A stretch of 64,000 bases of DNA. Source: a virus (Duplodnaviria > Caudoviricetes). Below are positions 8,677-18,729 of this stretch, piece after piece. A program made the position numbers and the translations under genes. The notes beneath the pieces are model-generated. The model saw nothing but the letters and a program-made list of their open reading frames with translations. It did no database searches and was not told where the DNA came from. Positions within the stretch are counted from its first letter, which is position 1. Each line of letters starts with the position of its first letter. The stretch lies in IMG/VR virus record IMGVR_UViG_3300042256_000025; one strand, given 5' to 3'.

Positions 8677-10431
8677 TTAATTACCGCTATCGACGATATA
8701 GAAGCGATCCAGCTCCCCTACCTTACCGCAACTACGGGCACATTTCACCCACCCCCCTTCTACGTTTGTTACGTAAAAGTAAAACTCACCCTTACGCTTG
8801 TAGGTAAAGTACTGGGTAACCACACCGTGGAGACTCGACATGAGTGTTTCCGTGACCCGACCAGTCGTAACGTCAATACCGGTATCCATGCCGTTGACAT
8901 TAAAGATATCTTCATTGACAGCCAGTACCTCACTCTTAGTAACGCGAATCAGTGCATCACAGTCATCACCGCCGATAGAGAGTTCACCCACATCCAGACC
9001 TACGTCCTGACGATAGGCTTTCATAAACAGGGTGATGAAGTTATCCAGATCACCTGTGGAGTTCAGGTGACTGATAAGCTCATCGATGTCCCCTTCGAAA
9101 CCATTGGTTAGGTCAATATCGATGTCCAGCCCATACTTGAGGACATCGGTAGCAACGCTGGTCGCCAGTTGGTTGAGGGTACGGGCGATGCCGTCCAGAT
9201 CTCGGCTCTTCAATACACCTCTAAGCGCCTTGAAGGTACCCACCCAGTCCGTGAACTCGTCTTCCCCGGCCTCACTGAGTGTCGCCAGGAGTTCCGTTAC
9301 CTTCGTTATTTGGTCGGACTTCTCGATGCTGCAGAGTGCCCCCAGTACAGACGTTACTTCAAACGGTTGGACTGTGGGTTTGAAGGCACCTTTTACACAG
9401 GCATGTTGTGTAACAGCAATGACCCGGTCCATAGACGAGGCTTGCATCTCGTCCACTGTTACAAAGGACAGATCCCTTTCCTCAGGGGTCAGAAGGACGG
9501 TACCCTCATCAGCCAACTCAGCCTCACTGAGATAGGCAGACTTCTCAACCAGGTGATCGCGCTTATTCATGTCCTGTGCTCCTATGGGAATAATGTAATT
9601 ATACAATACCCCTTCGCTGTCGGCTAGGGGCGCCATAAAATGACGTTTACGGTTGTAGGCAACCTTACCCGTTTGCCCCCTCAAGCTAGTGGCATAGAGT
9701 ACGGTCTCCGTGGTGACGCGGAGTTCGTTCTCTTCCTGTACGGGTACGTGAGGCTGTACTACGGCTGGGTTCGGTGCACCTGCCGTAACCAGAGGGGCAT
9801 TAGACCACTGGTCATTAACCTGTGGTACCTTGCCTTGTTTAGCGGGAAGCGCGCGCTCATAGTCAGTTTGAACAGGCGCAGGTTGCCCACCCATCGGCTG
9901 AGGCGTCGGCTGCCCATAGATACCGGTATTCGGTGGCATCGCCATAGGGGCTGCTCCGCGCGGATTATACTGGGACGGTTGAGGCGGGGCGTATTGAGGC
10001 ATGGGTTGCGGATAGGGGCTATAGCCGCCCTGCTGACGACGCTGTTGCTCCTCCAATGCCCGGAGGAACTCAAACGCCTCAATGTGTTTGTTGGTCTGCA
10101 GGTCGGTGTAATACCACCGGCCGTCCTGTGCAGGCCAGGGTTGACTATAACCAGGAATTTGTGGTAGTGTAGACATAATGCTTTCCTTTCGTTCGGTTAA
10201 AGGTTTTTCCGTGTGTGACGGTGGCGGATCGTCTTTGGAGACTCTGAATGTTCTCTCTATTTCTTTTCGTTTTAAACGACGACTGCGATAGGTATCGGCT
10301 TTAGTGTGTTCCTCCATGTACTCAAAGCTATCCACGACGTCCAGATCAGGATCGTCACTGAAGCAGTCGTCCTCAACCGGATCATCGATTTCAACCCAGT
10401 CGTCATCGTCATCGTCGTCGTAGTCGGTCAT
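8677..10431 (-). CDS. Hypothetical protein with acidic N-terminus and P/Q-rich region; possible second start at 10176
   Basis: 584-aa ORF overlapping the upstream stop; GAAAGGA SD before internal MSTLPQ. Confidence 0.7.
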   Translation of the reverse strand: MTDYDDDDDDDWVEIDDPVEDDCFSDDPDLDVVDSFEYMEEHTKADTYRSRRLKRKEIERTFRVSKDDPPPSHTEKPLTERKESIMSTLPQIPGYSQPWPAQDGRWYYTDLQTNKHIEAFEFLRALEEQQRRQQGGYSPYPQPMPQYAPPQPSQYNPRGAAPMAMPPNTGIYGQPTPQPMGGQPAPVQTDYERALPAKQGKVPQVNDQWSNAPLVTAGAPNPAVVQPHVPVQEENELRVTTETVLYATSLRGQTGKVAYNRKRHFMAPLADSEGVLYNYIIPIGAQDMNKRDHLVEKSAYLSEAELADEGTVLLTPEERDLSFVTVDEMQASSMDRVIAVTQHACVKGAFKPTVQPFEVTSVLGALCSIEKSDQITKVTELLATLSEAGEDEFTDWVGTFKALRGVLKSRDLDGIARTLNQLATSVATDVLKYGLDIDIDLTNGFEGDIDELISHLNSTGDLDNFITLFMKAYRQDVGLDVGELSIGGDDCDALIRVTKSEVLAVNEDIFNVNGMDTGIDVTTGRVTETLMSSLHGVVTQYFTYKRKGEFYFYVTNVEGGWVKCARSCGKVGELDRFYIVDSGN

Positions 10432-10949
10432 AGTCGGAACAATGCCTTCTGTTGTACGCGTTTATGGTTATCGAGTGCCAGTCGCTGTGCTCTGGACTTC
10501 ACGACGTCCAGCCCCTCTTTGATGATAGCATCATAGAGTTGAATGCGGTGGTGTAAATCCCGTGCCAGTAGCACCGCATCATCGGGTAAGGCCTTCTGAT
10601 CAAAATCCATTTTATAGTGCGACATAACGGCACAGATGACCGCGTAGCTTAGCCACTCCATGTGTCGATCCTCTAGCCCACACTCATCATGGTAGATGTA
10701 TACATACAGCGCTTTATACAGCCACGTAATGCACCGATCCACCATAATGCCCTGCATGGACATATCGGTAATATAGGTTTTCAATTCCGCCTGCTTATCT
10801 TCATCAGAATCCACGGCCAGTATAACCAAACTATGGAAGAGCCATTCCGTGGCCCGTACCATAGTGCGGTCAAACGGAGAGAGTGAGACCACCTCCTCTG
10901 ACGTGGAGCGCAGTGCCAGCATTCGGTAGCGCTCCGGATCTATCCGCAT
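10428..10949 (-). CDS. Hypothetical protein downstream of the nvRNAP beta-N gene
   Basis: AAGGAG SD; operon context. Confidence 0.75.
   Translation of the reverse strand: MRIDPERYRMLALRSTSEEVVSLSPFDRTMVRATEWLFHSLVILAVDSDEDKQAELKTYITDMSMQGIMVDRCITWLYKALYVYIYHDECGLEDRHMEWLSYAVICAVMSHYKMDFDQKALPDDAVLLARDLHHRIQLYDAIIKEGLDVVKSRAQRLALDNHKRVQQKALFRL
10768..10783 (-). promoter_or_regulatory. Early promoter embedded in the 10428-10949 CDS
   Basis: Exact TGAAAACCTATATTAC 16-mer. Confidence 0.6.
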
Positions 10950-10959
10950 AACTAACTCC

Positions 10960-12564
10960 TTATCGCATGGAGATCATTTCCTGCAAGTGTTCCAGTTCAC
11001 GGCGGAACTTAGGATCCACGACCACCCCGTCATGGGGGTCAAGCTGTAAGAAATGGTTGATGGACTCACGGGCCGAGGGTGCCGACTTCGTGATAAAGAG
11101 ATAGGTGTTAACCGTACACTGACTGGCATGCAGTGCGAACGTGGGGGAGGACATTTCCGCCGACTTCTTGGGTCGACCCATACGGTTATTCGATGCCTTA
11201 GCCTGGGGCACAATGGTTTTCGTTACTGAGAAGGGCAAACAATCAGTTGCACTTTCCAGTGTCGTAACCTCCCCATGTCCATTGATATGTTGAATGACGT
11301 TGGTTTTGAATAACTGATCGAAGGTTCGCTCAATGTTCTCAAGCTTCAGTCGATCGCCCGTTAGCTTCACCAACTCAAACAACAGAATTGAGATTGAGAA
11401 CACCACATCGTACATCAGGAACCGTACCGTCTCCAACTGCTTATTGTGGATATCCGCAGGGTCACAATGCATCGTGCGTTCAGTGAAGGTTTTAATGATG
11501 TGTGCAAAGACATCATAGATGTCGCGACAGGGTACCCCTTCATGGGTGAGTTTACGGCGTACCAGATCATCGAGATACGAGTCCACAGAGTCAATGTGAG
11601 CTTCCATCTCTTCCATCGCCTTGCGCTCAGACGACACCTCCGCTTTGATAAAGCGGGGCAAGAGGCGTCGCCAAAGCATGGGGTTATCCACTTGTGATGG
11701 CTCCACCATGTCGGGTTCGTGGTCGATGATGTAAAAGATACCACCAATCGCCGGTGCAATATCAGCGGTCCACTTGTCACGGGGCACGGCAATGCGTAGT
11801 TCGGATGGTGTATACTGCACGTACCCTTTTGCATTAGGACGAATGCCCCGTGATTTACAAATGACCCACTCCTCTGGAGAATAGGTCTCTACGTTAATCT
11901 CATCGTACCCGACACGGACTTCCGCATCAAAGTAACGCTGCAGCCCCTCCGTTAGACCAAACTTACAGAGAATGTAATGAATCAAGAGACTGTGGCGATT
12001 GCGCACGGCATCGCCTTTGCCCTTGCCTTTGATGTTGAATATAGTGGAATATACCGTATCCACGGATACCGACTCCCCATCCGCCTGAAAGCGCACAGGC
12101 ACACGTTGGAACGTAAGTTTCGAACGGGTTACCGGCATGTAGATTCGATCGGGTTCAATACTGAAGATGTTGTCTGCCAGCACTGGTGATACCACAAAAC
12201 TGGATCCACGTACCCGAACAAGTCCACCCCGGCGAATATAGGGGAGCTGTAGGAAACGCGGTTTCAGTTTCTGCCCTTCGAATTCAAACTCATACATGCA
12301 ATGGTACAAGTCTGAATATGCAATCTCATGCTGCCGTTTGCCACGCTTTAAACGAGTCAGCTCCCGTAGCTGTTCCTCTGGAGTCGCGGGACGATACCCA
12401 CAGTAGCGCAGTCCAGGTGGGAAGGATGCACTGGCACAGTGGAGTACCTCGTCCACATACCGCTCAATTCGATCAGACTGCTTGAAGGCCAAACCTTCGC
12501 ATAGGTCTGGATTAAGCCTAGGCTGACTATCCATGCAACGCTTGAGCAATTTACCACCGATCAC
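10960..12564 (-). CDS. Non-virion RNA polymerase beta subunit, N-terminal part (phiKZ gp123-like)
   Basis: FPPGLRY.GYR..TPEE, LPY..RGG...RGS....SPVLAD and HYILCKFG motifs; GTG start with AAGGAG SD. Confidence 0.8.
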   Translation of the reverse strand: MIGGKLLKRCMDSQPRLNPDLCEGLAFKQSDRIERYVDEVLHCASASFPPGLRYCGYRPATPEEQLRELTRLKRGKRQHEIAYSDLYHCMYEFEFEGQKLKPRFLQLPYIRRGGLVRVRGSSFVVSPVLADNIFSIEPDRIYMPVTRSKLTFQRVPVRFQADGESVSVDTVYSTIFNIKGKGKGDAVRNRHSLLIHYILCKFGLTEGLQRYFDAEVRVGYDEINVETYSPEEWVICKSRGIRPNAKGYVQYTPSELRIAVPRDKWTADIAPAIGGIFYIIDHEPDMVEPSQVDNPMLWRRLLPRFIKAEVSSERKAMEEMEAHIDSVDSYLDDLVRRKLTHEGVPCRDIYDVFAHIIKTFTERTMHCDPADIHNKQLETVRFLMYDVVFSISILLFELVKLTGDRLKLENIERTFDQLFKTNVIQHINGHGEVTTLESATDCLPFSVTKTIVPQAKASNNRMGRPKKSAEMSSPTFALHASQCTVNTYLFITKSAPSARESINHFLQLDPHDGVVVDPKFRRELEHLQEMISMR

Positions 12565-12617
12565 ATCACGCTCCTTATTCTGATTTTAGCCTAGATCATA
12601 TCACCTGTACGTGTTAA

Positions 12618-13616
12618 TTAACAAACAACGGCCACGCACCACCGCATAAAGTCAACAACTGCCATCACCCCCTTCATAAAGTATGTAAAGAACGTACTCT
12701 TGTCTTTCATCTTCTCTCGATGGCGTTTATCACTCTCCTCCTCGAATTTACGAAACCTCTCTTTATACGCTTTTCGCTCCTTCTCAAACTCCTGCTCCTT
12801 TTCTCGATACGCTTCCTCCTTCGCAGCCTCCTTTACTTTCTTATCGTGTTTATCCCGTTCCTCTACAAAGGCTCGACGCATAGCTTCTAGCTCCGCGCGG
12901 TCTGGGTCCCGATTATCCTCCATTGCATCGAACCGATTCCGATATAGCCGTATACCGTATTTACCACCCCCCTCTGTAAGCTCCTCTACACTATGTAGGT
13001 GCTGTTCTAGCTTACCGGTTACACTGTCCCGCAGTGTAATCAAAACGCCCTCTTGTGCAGGCGTAGGGTCTCTTGTAGGCTTTAATACGTAAACAACCCC
13101 TCCTAGCTTAACAAACAGATTGGGCCAGACCCTGCGGGGATCCAGTATTTCCACCATAATGCCCAGTGTATGGCGCTCATCCATACGCACCCGCATCTCT
13201 TGCGAGAAACGCGGATGCTTAACCTGATCCACATCTGTGGACAGTGCAATGAACAAACCCAGACACTCATCGTAAATGCCCCCATCCGACTCAGCTAACA
13301 GCTCATAACTGTAAGCGTGTCGAATATGGAAACCGTACACGATACCGCCATTACGGTGTTGCATGCTATCGATATCCTCATAAGGGATACCGCACTCGAC
13401 TAATCGGCTGTGATCTGCCTCCGTGTATTCCTCTACAATCGTAAACCGGCCACGGGTGGGATCATTGAGAGCGGCTCTTTCTGGCTCGACATACTCAATG
13501 GTTCCATTGCCGTCAACAATAACAATCGTTATGCCGGTACGGTTGATATATTTTCGACGATAGGTTGGGGTTGTCCCAACCTCAGTAAATCCGCTTCGTG
13601 CTCTTCTCTCAATCAT
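12618..13616 (-). CDS. Conserved protein (phiKZ gp122-like) with C-terminal coiled coil and hydrophobic tail
   Basis: Lies between the capsid and gp123-like genes; E/K-rich helix; early promoter upstream. Confidence 0.65.
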   Translation of the reverse strand: MIERRARSGFTEVGTTPTYRRKYINRTGITIVIVDGNGTIEYVEPERAALNDPTRGRFTIVEEYTEADHSRLVECGIPYEDIDSMQHRNGGIVYGFHIRHAYSYELLAESDGGIYDECLGLFIALSTDVDQVKHPRFSQEMRVRMDERHTLGIMVEILDPRRVWPNLFVKLGGVVYVLKPTRDPTPAQEGVLITLRDSVTGKLEQHLHSVEELTEGGGKYGIRLYRNRFDAMEDNRDPDRAELEAMRRAFVEERDKHDKKVKEAAKEEAYREKEQEFEKERKAYKERFRKFEEESDKRHREKMKDKSTFFTYFMKGVMAVVDFMRWCVAVVC

Positions 13617-13696
13617 GGTAAGCCTATTAGTAACAGTGACTATTCGGGCGATAGAATTGAAGGTGGAGAAGGCATACGGCGGATGTATGCTTAAGG

Positions 13697-13712
13697 GTAA
13701 TATAGGTTTTCA
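13697..13712 (-). promoter_or_regulatory. Early promoter for the operon containing the nvRNAP beta-N gene
   Basis: Exact TGAAAACCTATATTAC. Confidence 0.8.
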
Positions 13713-13729
13713 ACAAAATTGATACACGG

Positions 13730-13769
13730 CATACTCTCCCTATACCCTACGGGGTATAGGGAGAGTATG
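13730..13769. terminator. 18-bp perfect stem-loop
   Basis: CATACTCTCCCTATACCC-TACG-GGGTATAGGGAGAGTATG. Confidence 0.7.
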
Positions 13770-13861
13770 TAATCGCGTTTAGCGCGGGTCAATTTGAGAA
13801 AGAGACCCAGTCAAGGGGAACTTAATCCCTTAGGCACATCCGAGGATGCTTTTTAAATTGT

Positions 13862-13977
13862 AAAAGAGCTTGTTGTTGGTTAGCCACTACATCGCATTTA
13901 CAGAGGGTAATCAACTAACAAAAGAGCTTGTTGTTGGTTAGCCACTATAACGCATTTACAGAGGGTAATCAACTAAC
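13862..13977. repeat. Tandem repeat, 2 x 58 bp
   Basis: 13862-13919 and 13920-13977 differ only in CTACATCGC versus CTATAACGC. Confidence 0.95.
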
Positions 13978-14025
13978 ATAGGATAGGGTACAGTTAGTAC
14001 CCTATCCCTGAGTCACGCTATACCG

Positions 14026-16185
14026 TTACGGTTTAACGTAGAACTCTTCCAGGTTGGTTACATCGATACGGCCCAGGATCGGCAGGGTCGCAGTGTGCAG
14101 CTCACGCGGCTGTACCTGAATTTCCTGTACAGTAGCACCACCCTGGCTGGAGTTGGCCACTTCGTGAACCAGCGCCGGCATGAACAGGTGAGCACCGAAG
14201 GACAGCGGGTCAACACCACGCTGAGACACACGACGGAAGGATACGTAGATGCGATCACGCATACGAATATCCAGAGACGACACGATGCGGTAGTTACGGT
14301 TTTCACCGAAGGTACGGCTGTCGCCAGACTTCATCAGCAGGCCAGCGATACGCGGGTCAGTACCGACGATGATTTCGTATTCACGGTCTCCACCGGTGAA
14401 CTGCTCCAGGGCCGCCAGGTAACCAGACTCCAGTGCCAGCTTATCCGCCATAGTGGTAACAGCGTCAACCAGCAGAGCACGCAGGTCATCGTAGCCTTCA
14501 CCAGAACGGTTGATGGTTACAACAGACGCAGCGTCCAGAGCACGGGTAGTGTATGTCGGCTTAACGAACAGAGAACCGATCATCGGTGCATTTACGGGTA
14601 CAACACCATCGTTGGCCAGCTGCTTCAGCTGAGCTTCAGCATGCATCAGGGTAGAGACAGAGGCGTTGGAGGAGCGAGTACGCAGAGCCTGTACCAGACC
14701 TTCTACAGTTGCACCGCCACCAGCAGACTTGACCGGACGGACAGAGGCCAGCGGAGAACCGATTGTGATCGGGTAGTAGTAACGGTTGGACTGTGCAGTA
14801 TCGATCAGGATACCTTTCTGACGCAGGTTCGCGTTCACACGGCGAGCTTTCGGCATGTAGCCAACCAGAGCAACTGTGGTAGCTGCAGCCATAGCCTGGT
14901 ATTCTGCACCACTTGTAGCCATCGGAGTCTTGTCAGTACCGACGTACGCTTTACCTACACCTACGCTGTTCGCGTAGACTTCGATGTTGGCGTATTCATT
15001 GTTTGCTACACCGGAGATAGATACCGGCACTTCAACGGTCCAGTCATCACCAGCAGCTACACCCAGCAGAGTGTGCAGGCCCAGGTCAGTGATTGCAACA
15101 CCACCCACGGACTTCATCTTGGCATTCAGGCCCAGTGCGGACTTGAAGGACATGGTCAGGTTGCTGGTGCTACCTTCAGCAGCACGTGTGAAGAGGGCAC
15201 CCGGTACACCGGCGGTGTCGATTTCGAAGACGTGCTTCTTAACAACACTGCCGTCATCAACAGCCACTTCCAGGTAAACAGAGCCCAGTGCAATATTGGG
15301 ATCCAATGCATCGGTCTCATCCTGACCATCGGAACCGATCAGACCCGGGTGGTTGGAGACGGCCAGCAGGTCAGTTTCCACACCGAATTTCAGCGGACGG
15401 GTAACAATGTCCACACCGTTAACAGACAGGGTCTTGTTGCCGACTACTGCAGCGTCAACCAGGAAAGCATCGTTGTTAGCCGCAGCATCAGCACGCGGGT
15501 AAACGTCAGTAGAAGAACCTTCCAGGATAGTGTGGTCTTCGATAGCACGGATCAGGGACTTCTTCTCGAACTCGTACGGCTTGCCGTTTACGCCACGCTT
15601 GGTGCGGTTATACGCGTAAGCGATAGATACGGTCACTTCAGCACCGGATTGAGACGCATCGATTACTTCAGTCGGGAAGAAGGCTTCGTCGAATTCGTTG
15701 TTACCTACTGCCAGGGCGTTCACCAGAACAGAGTGGGACACGAACTTGTCGAAAGAATCCTGAGTGAAGGACTCCATAGACGGCAGTGCAGAATCCACAC
15801 CCGGTACGAACGTATCAACGGTAGTAGCGCCACCGCCGGCTTTACGGGCGGCAATGAAGCTTTCGTGGTAGACTTCCGGATTACCAGCGGCCAGCAGGGT
15901 AATCGCTGCAGCTTCCATGGAAACCTGTACAGCGTGGTCGTTGCCACGGAAGTGTTCGCGCAGTAGGTTTTCCAGACCGGCATCAGCCAGTGCACCCTGT
16001 GCCTGTCCGAAGGTATCTTCCAGGGCATTCAGTGTGGTTTCATCCAGAGATTCCATGGCCACCAGGCTATTGGCGGTTTCAGGAGTAATCAGATCGCCGC
16101 GACGTTCGGCCAGAACACCACTGATCGCGGTAACGATGTCGCTAACACGCGCCTGAGCGCTGTTAATCTTACGGAGCTTGGACAT
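14026..16185 (-). CDS. Major capsid protein (phiKZ gp120-like)
   Basis: 719 aa; F.EAFFPT, N.NLRQKG.LID, IVGTDP.IA..L...GD.RTFG and QPR..H...LPIL motifs; SxE propeptide sites; strong high-expression codon bias. Confidence 0.9.
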   Translation of the reverse strand: MSKLRKINSAQARVSDIVTAISGVLAERRGDLITPETANSLVAMESLDETTLNALEDTFGQAQGALADAGLENLLREHFRGNDHAVQVSMEAAAITLLAAGNPEVYHESFIAARKAGGGATTVDTFVPGVDSALPSMESFTQDSFDKFVSHSVLVNALAVGNNEFDEAFFPTEVIDASQSGAEVTVSIAYAYNRTKRGVNGKPYEFEKKSLIRAIEDHTILEGSSTDVYPRADAAANNDAFLVDAAVVGNKTLSVNGVDIVTRPLKFGVETDLLAVSNHPGLIGSDGQDETDALDPNIALGSVYLEVAVDDGSVVKKHVFEIDTAGVPGALFTRAAEGSTSNLTMSFKSALGLNAKMKSVGGVAITDLGLHTLLGVAAGDDWTVEVPVSISGVANNEYANIEVYANSVGVGKAYVGTDKTPMATSGAEYQAMAAATTVALVGYMPKARRVNANLRQKGILIDTAQSNRYYYPITIGSPLASVRPVKSAGGGATVEGLVQALRTRSSNASVSTLMHAEAQLKQLANDGVVPVNAPMIGSLFVKPTYTTRALDAASVVTINRSGEGYDDLRALLVDAVTTMADKLALESGYLAALEQFTGGDREYEIIVGTDPRIAGLLMKSGDSRTFGENRNYRIVSSLDIRMRDRIYVSFRRVSQRGVDPLSFGAHLFMPALVHEVANSSQGGATVQEIQVQPRELHTATLPILGRIDVTNLEEFYVKP

Positions 16186-16205
16186 TGTGTAATCCTTTTG
16201 TAACG

Positions 16206-16697
16206 TTACATGGAATGGACATAGTGTCCATAAAGTTGAGATTTCATTACTGCATTAACCGGCATGATCAGGGCCATCGCGCAGAAAATGTTTTCCAAAG
16301 TATCCCGCCCATGTTCTAGTGACGATGGGTCTGCATACAATAATGCAGTTTTCTCGTCGACCATTTTACAGGCAAGTTTTTCAAGGAACGGATTAATGTC
16401 GGATACGAGGTCTTCAATCTGTCCGTCCGTGAGGGTTTCACGTAAATGACCGAAAATATCACTGTTTTCAGCTACTGCTATTTCCGCCCAGTTACTCAGT
16501 GCCCCTTTAAGGGGTGAGTGCTCTCGATGACGTTTTTCGAACTGACGGATGAAGTGGTCCGTCTGAAGCCCCACAATCCAATAATCGTTGTGGGTTAGGT
16601 GCTTAAAGAAAACGTCCACATCTGCCACAGATTCCAGTGGCACGTTCTGGGCAGTCAGGGCATTTACGAGTGTCTCGTTTAACACCATAACTTTCAT
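16206..16697 (-). CDS. Head-associated conserved protein (phiKZ gp119-like); likely start MKVMVL at 16697
   Basis: AAGGA SD before ATG 16697; between helicase and capsid genes. Confidence 0.6.
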   Translation of the reverse strand: MKVMVLNETLVNALTAQNVPLESVADVDVFFKHLTHNDYWIVGLQTDHFIRQFEKRHREHSPLKGALSNWAEIAVAENSDIFGHLRETLTDGQIEDLVSDINPFLEKLACKMVDEKTALLYADPSSLEHGRDTLENIFCAMALIMPVNAVMKSQLYGHYVHSM

Positions 16698-16727
16698 ACG
16701 TTTATCCTTGTGGGTGTTAATGTTCGC

Positions 16728-16735
16728 CATACGAT
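16728..16735 (-). promoter_or_regulatory. Candidate late promoter ATCGTATG for the capsid operon
   Basis: Contains the phiKZ late TATG; ATCGTAT also at 3935, 26238, 27722 and 48801. Confidence 0.5.
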
Positions 16736-16823
16736 CAGGCTTAATAATGAGTGTATGTTTGGATTATAATCATCGGTCATGATGGTATACGACGAAGACG
16801 ATTGTGATAAAGGAAACGCGACA

Positions 16824-18374
16824 ATGTCAGGAAACCCCTATCTAACCCTTATACGATGTGTAACAGCACTTTACCTTGCTAACCGTACGCCCGGTAGTTG
16901 GGAGGAACTCTATAAGACGATCCAAGCTACCCTGATCCATACGGAACTGCCCACAACCCTGATTGGGGATGAAGGTGATGGGATGGTGGCGTTTAATTTA
17001 CGATCAACTGTGGAGTGGATGTTGGAGGTCAAATCCTCGATTGAGTTTGACCGTAAAGACCTGATTCAGCGTGTACGTCTTAATCTTCGTGACATTAGTT
17101 GCTACGTGCAGGAGTTGGAGAATGCAATTCCTGAGGAGATTGGTGAAGAGATTGCGCGTCGACGTATTCGTGCGATATTGTCAGAATTAAAGTACGATCT
17201 CAATCTGGTTAATATCCGTAAACTGATCTCCAAGGTAAACCATCGCATTAATTATTCGAAAGATGCGGTGGACTATGGCACCACACTACGGGAATTTCAA
17301 GACTCGCTATCTAAATACACAACGTCCACAGGGGACGGTGAGAAGACAGGATTTGTAGGGCGCCTGTCGACAGAGGACCTTGGGGATGTAGAAGATACCT
17401 TCCATAAGGCCAAGGAAGTCAACTCCACTGAAGGGGTGCTGAAGACTGGACTAGTTGGCATGAACCGTGCCTGCGGTGTCGGTGGCTTTAGGCGAGGTGA
17501 AATGATTAACTTTGGTGCACTGACGCATCACTATAAGACCGGTATGCTCAATGATGTGGCGCGCGGTGTTCCCTTACATAACGTACCGTGGATGTGGGAT
17601 GAGAAAAAGAAACCCGCTGTAGTACGTATCTCCTTTGAGAACAAACTCGAACAGGACCTGCCGATTATCTACCGTTCACTGATTGAGCAGGATACCGGTG
17701 AGCAAATCGATATTACGGAAGTCGATCCAGTCAAAGCCAGTCGATACATTAAAGACCGATTGGAGTCTAAAGGCTATACCTTTTTCATGGAGTGTTATGA
17801 CCCAAACAACTTCACGGTCTATGACCTGTTGGACGTGATCATGGGGTATGAGGCCAAGGGCTATGAAATTCATACGTTAGTAGTGGACTATCTAGAATTG
17901 ATAGCGCGTGGCAGTGCCGATCGTAAAGATGAGTTGATTAACGAAGTGTTTCAGGTGGTTCGTAACCATTGTTTCCCACGGGGCATTACGGTCGCGACTG
18001 GCCATCAGCTCTCTACAGAAGCACAGCAGATCTGGCGTGAAGGGGCATTGAACTTTACCCAACGTGTATCCAACGGTGGTTACTACCGCAACACCAAGTC
18101 ACTGGCGACGAAGTTAGACTTGGAGTTTGTAATGTGCCTGATTCGACATGGTGAGGATACCTACCTCTCGGTATCTCGAGGTAAGCACCGTGGAGGTGAA
18201 CGCACACCAGCCAAGCACCTGAACTTCGCTTATAAGTTTGAGAAGGTCGGCGGTTTGGTAGATGATGTTGACCTTGACGCACCAAAGGTTATCTACGATC
18301 TCAATGCGGTACTGAACAATAATAGCGATAGTGCTGGCTTCATGGATATGGGGAGTAACGATGATGCGTGGTGA
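16824..18374 (+). CDS. dnaB: DnaB-like replicative helicase (phiKZ gp118-like)
   Basis: GFRRGE, divergent P-loop ALTHHYKTG, ISFEN, LVVDYL, HQLS and RGKHRG motifs. Confidence 0.85.
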   Translation: MSGNPYLTLIRCVTALYLANRTPGSWEELYKTIQATLIHTELPTTLIGDEGDGMVAFNLRSTVEWMLEVKSSIEFDRKDLIQRVRLNLRDISCYVQELENAIPEEIGEEIARRRIRAILSELKYDLNLVNIRKLISKVNHRINYSKDAVDYGTTLREFQDSLSKYTTSTGDGEKTGFVGRLSTEDLGDVEDTFHKAKEVNSTEGVLKTGLVGMNRACGVGGFRRGEMINFGALTHHYKTGMLNDVARGVPLHNVPWMWDEKKKPAVVRISFENKLEQDLPIIYRSLIEQDTGEQIDITEVDPVKASRYIKDRLESKGYTFFMECYDPNNFTVYDLLDVIMGYEAKGYEIHTLVVDYLELIARGSADRKDELINEVFQVVRNHCFPRGITVATGHQLSTEAQQIWREGALNFTQRVSNGGYYRNTKSLATKLDLEFVMCLIRHGEDTYLSVSRGKHRGGERTPAKHLNFAYKFEKVGGLVDDVDLDAPKVIYDLNAVLNNNSDSAGFMDMGSNDDAW

Positions 18375-18687
18375 AGTGAAAGTAAATGGACGTATTGAAC
18401 GACTACAGAACTTTGTAGTCAAGGCATTTTACCCCCGTATTAACGGCGTGCGGAAAATATCACTGGATGCGTGCTATGGCGTCGAGGTCCTCCAAAGTGA
18501 CCACGGTGAGGTAACCGTGTTACTGGTGGATGAGTTAGGTGAAGCCGGTTTATCCCGGTACATACCCCCTAGCACGGAGACGCCCAGTGACAGGACACAC
18601 TGCACTGAGGTCATCGTAGAGAATGGCTATGGGAATACGGTTCATCGCTGGGTACACGGTGGTGGTCGGGGGAAATCGACCCCCTAA
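18361..18687 (+). CDS. Hypothetical protein
   Basis: GGGGAG SD; overlaps the helicase stop. Confidence 0.55.
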   Translation: MMRGEVKVNGRIERLQNFVVKAFYPRINGVRKISLDACYGVEVLQSDHGEVTVLLVDELGEAGLSRYIPPSTETPSDRTHCTEVIVENGYGNTVHRWVHGGGRGKSTP

Positions 18688-18729
18688 CGACGAGGCACCA
18701 CCGCTACAGAGATAAAAAAAAATAAGGAT

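Larger units (their letters stand above)
13730..13977 (-). ncRNA. Candidate structured late non-coding RNA (about 250 nt)
   Basis: No ORF; starts at the G of a TATG motif; two 58-nt hairpin units, a boxA-like GCTCTTTTACAATT, several further hairpins and a closing stem-loop. Confidence 0.45.

Noticed and set aside
13862-13977. 58-bp repeat as a CRISPR array or tRNAs
   Set aside because: The units are contiguous with no spacers and no cas genes are present; there is no cloverleaf or T-loop despite an internal ACCA.
14095-15966. 623-aa ORF antisense to the major capsid gene
   Set aside because: It mirrors the capsid codons; strong codon bias in a highly expressed gene removes antisense stops. 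No SD or recognisable motifs.
16824-18374. Non-canonical Walker A (ALTHHYKT) as a sign of a dead helicase
   Set aside because: As I recall, a divergent P-loop is typical of phiKZ gp118-family helicases, and the other motifs are intact.
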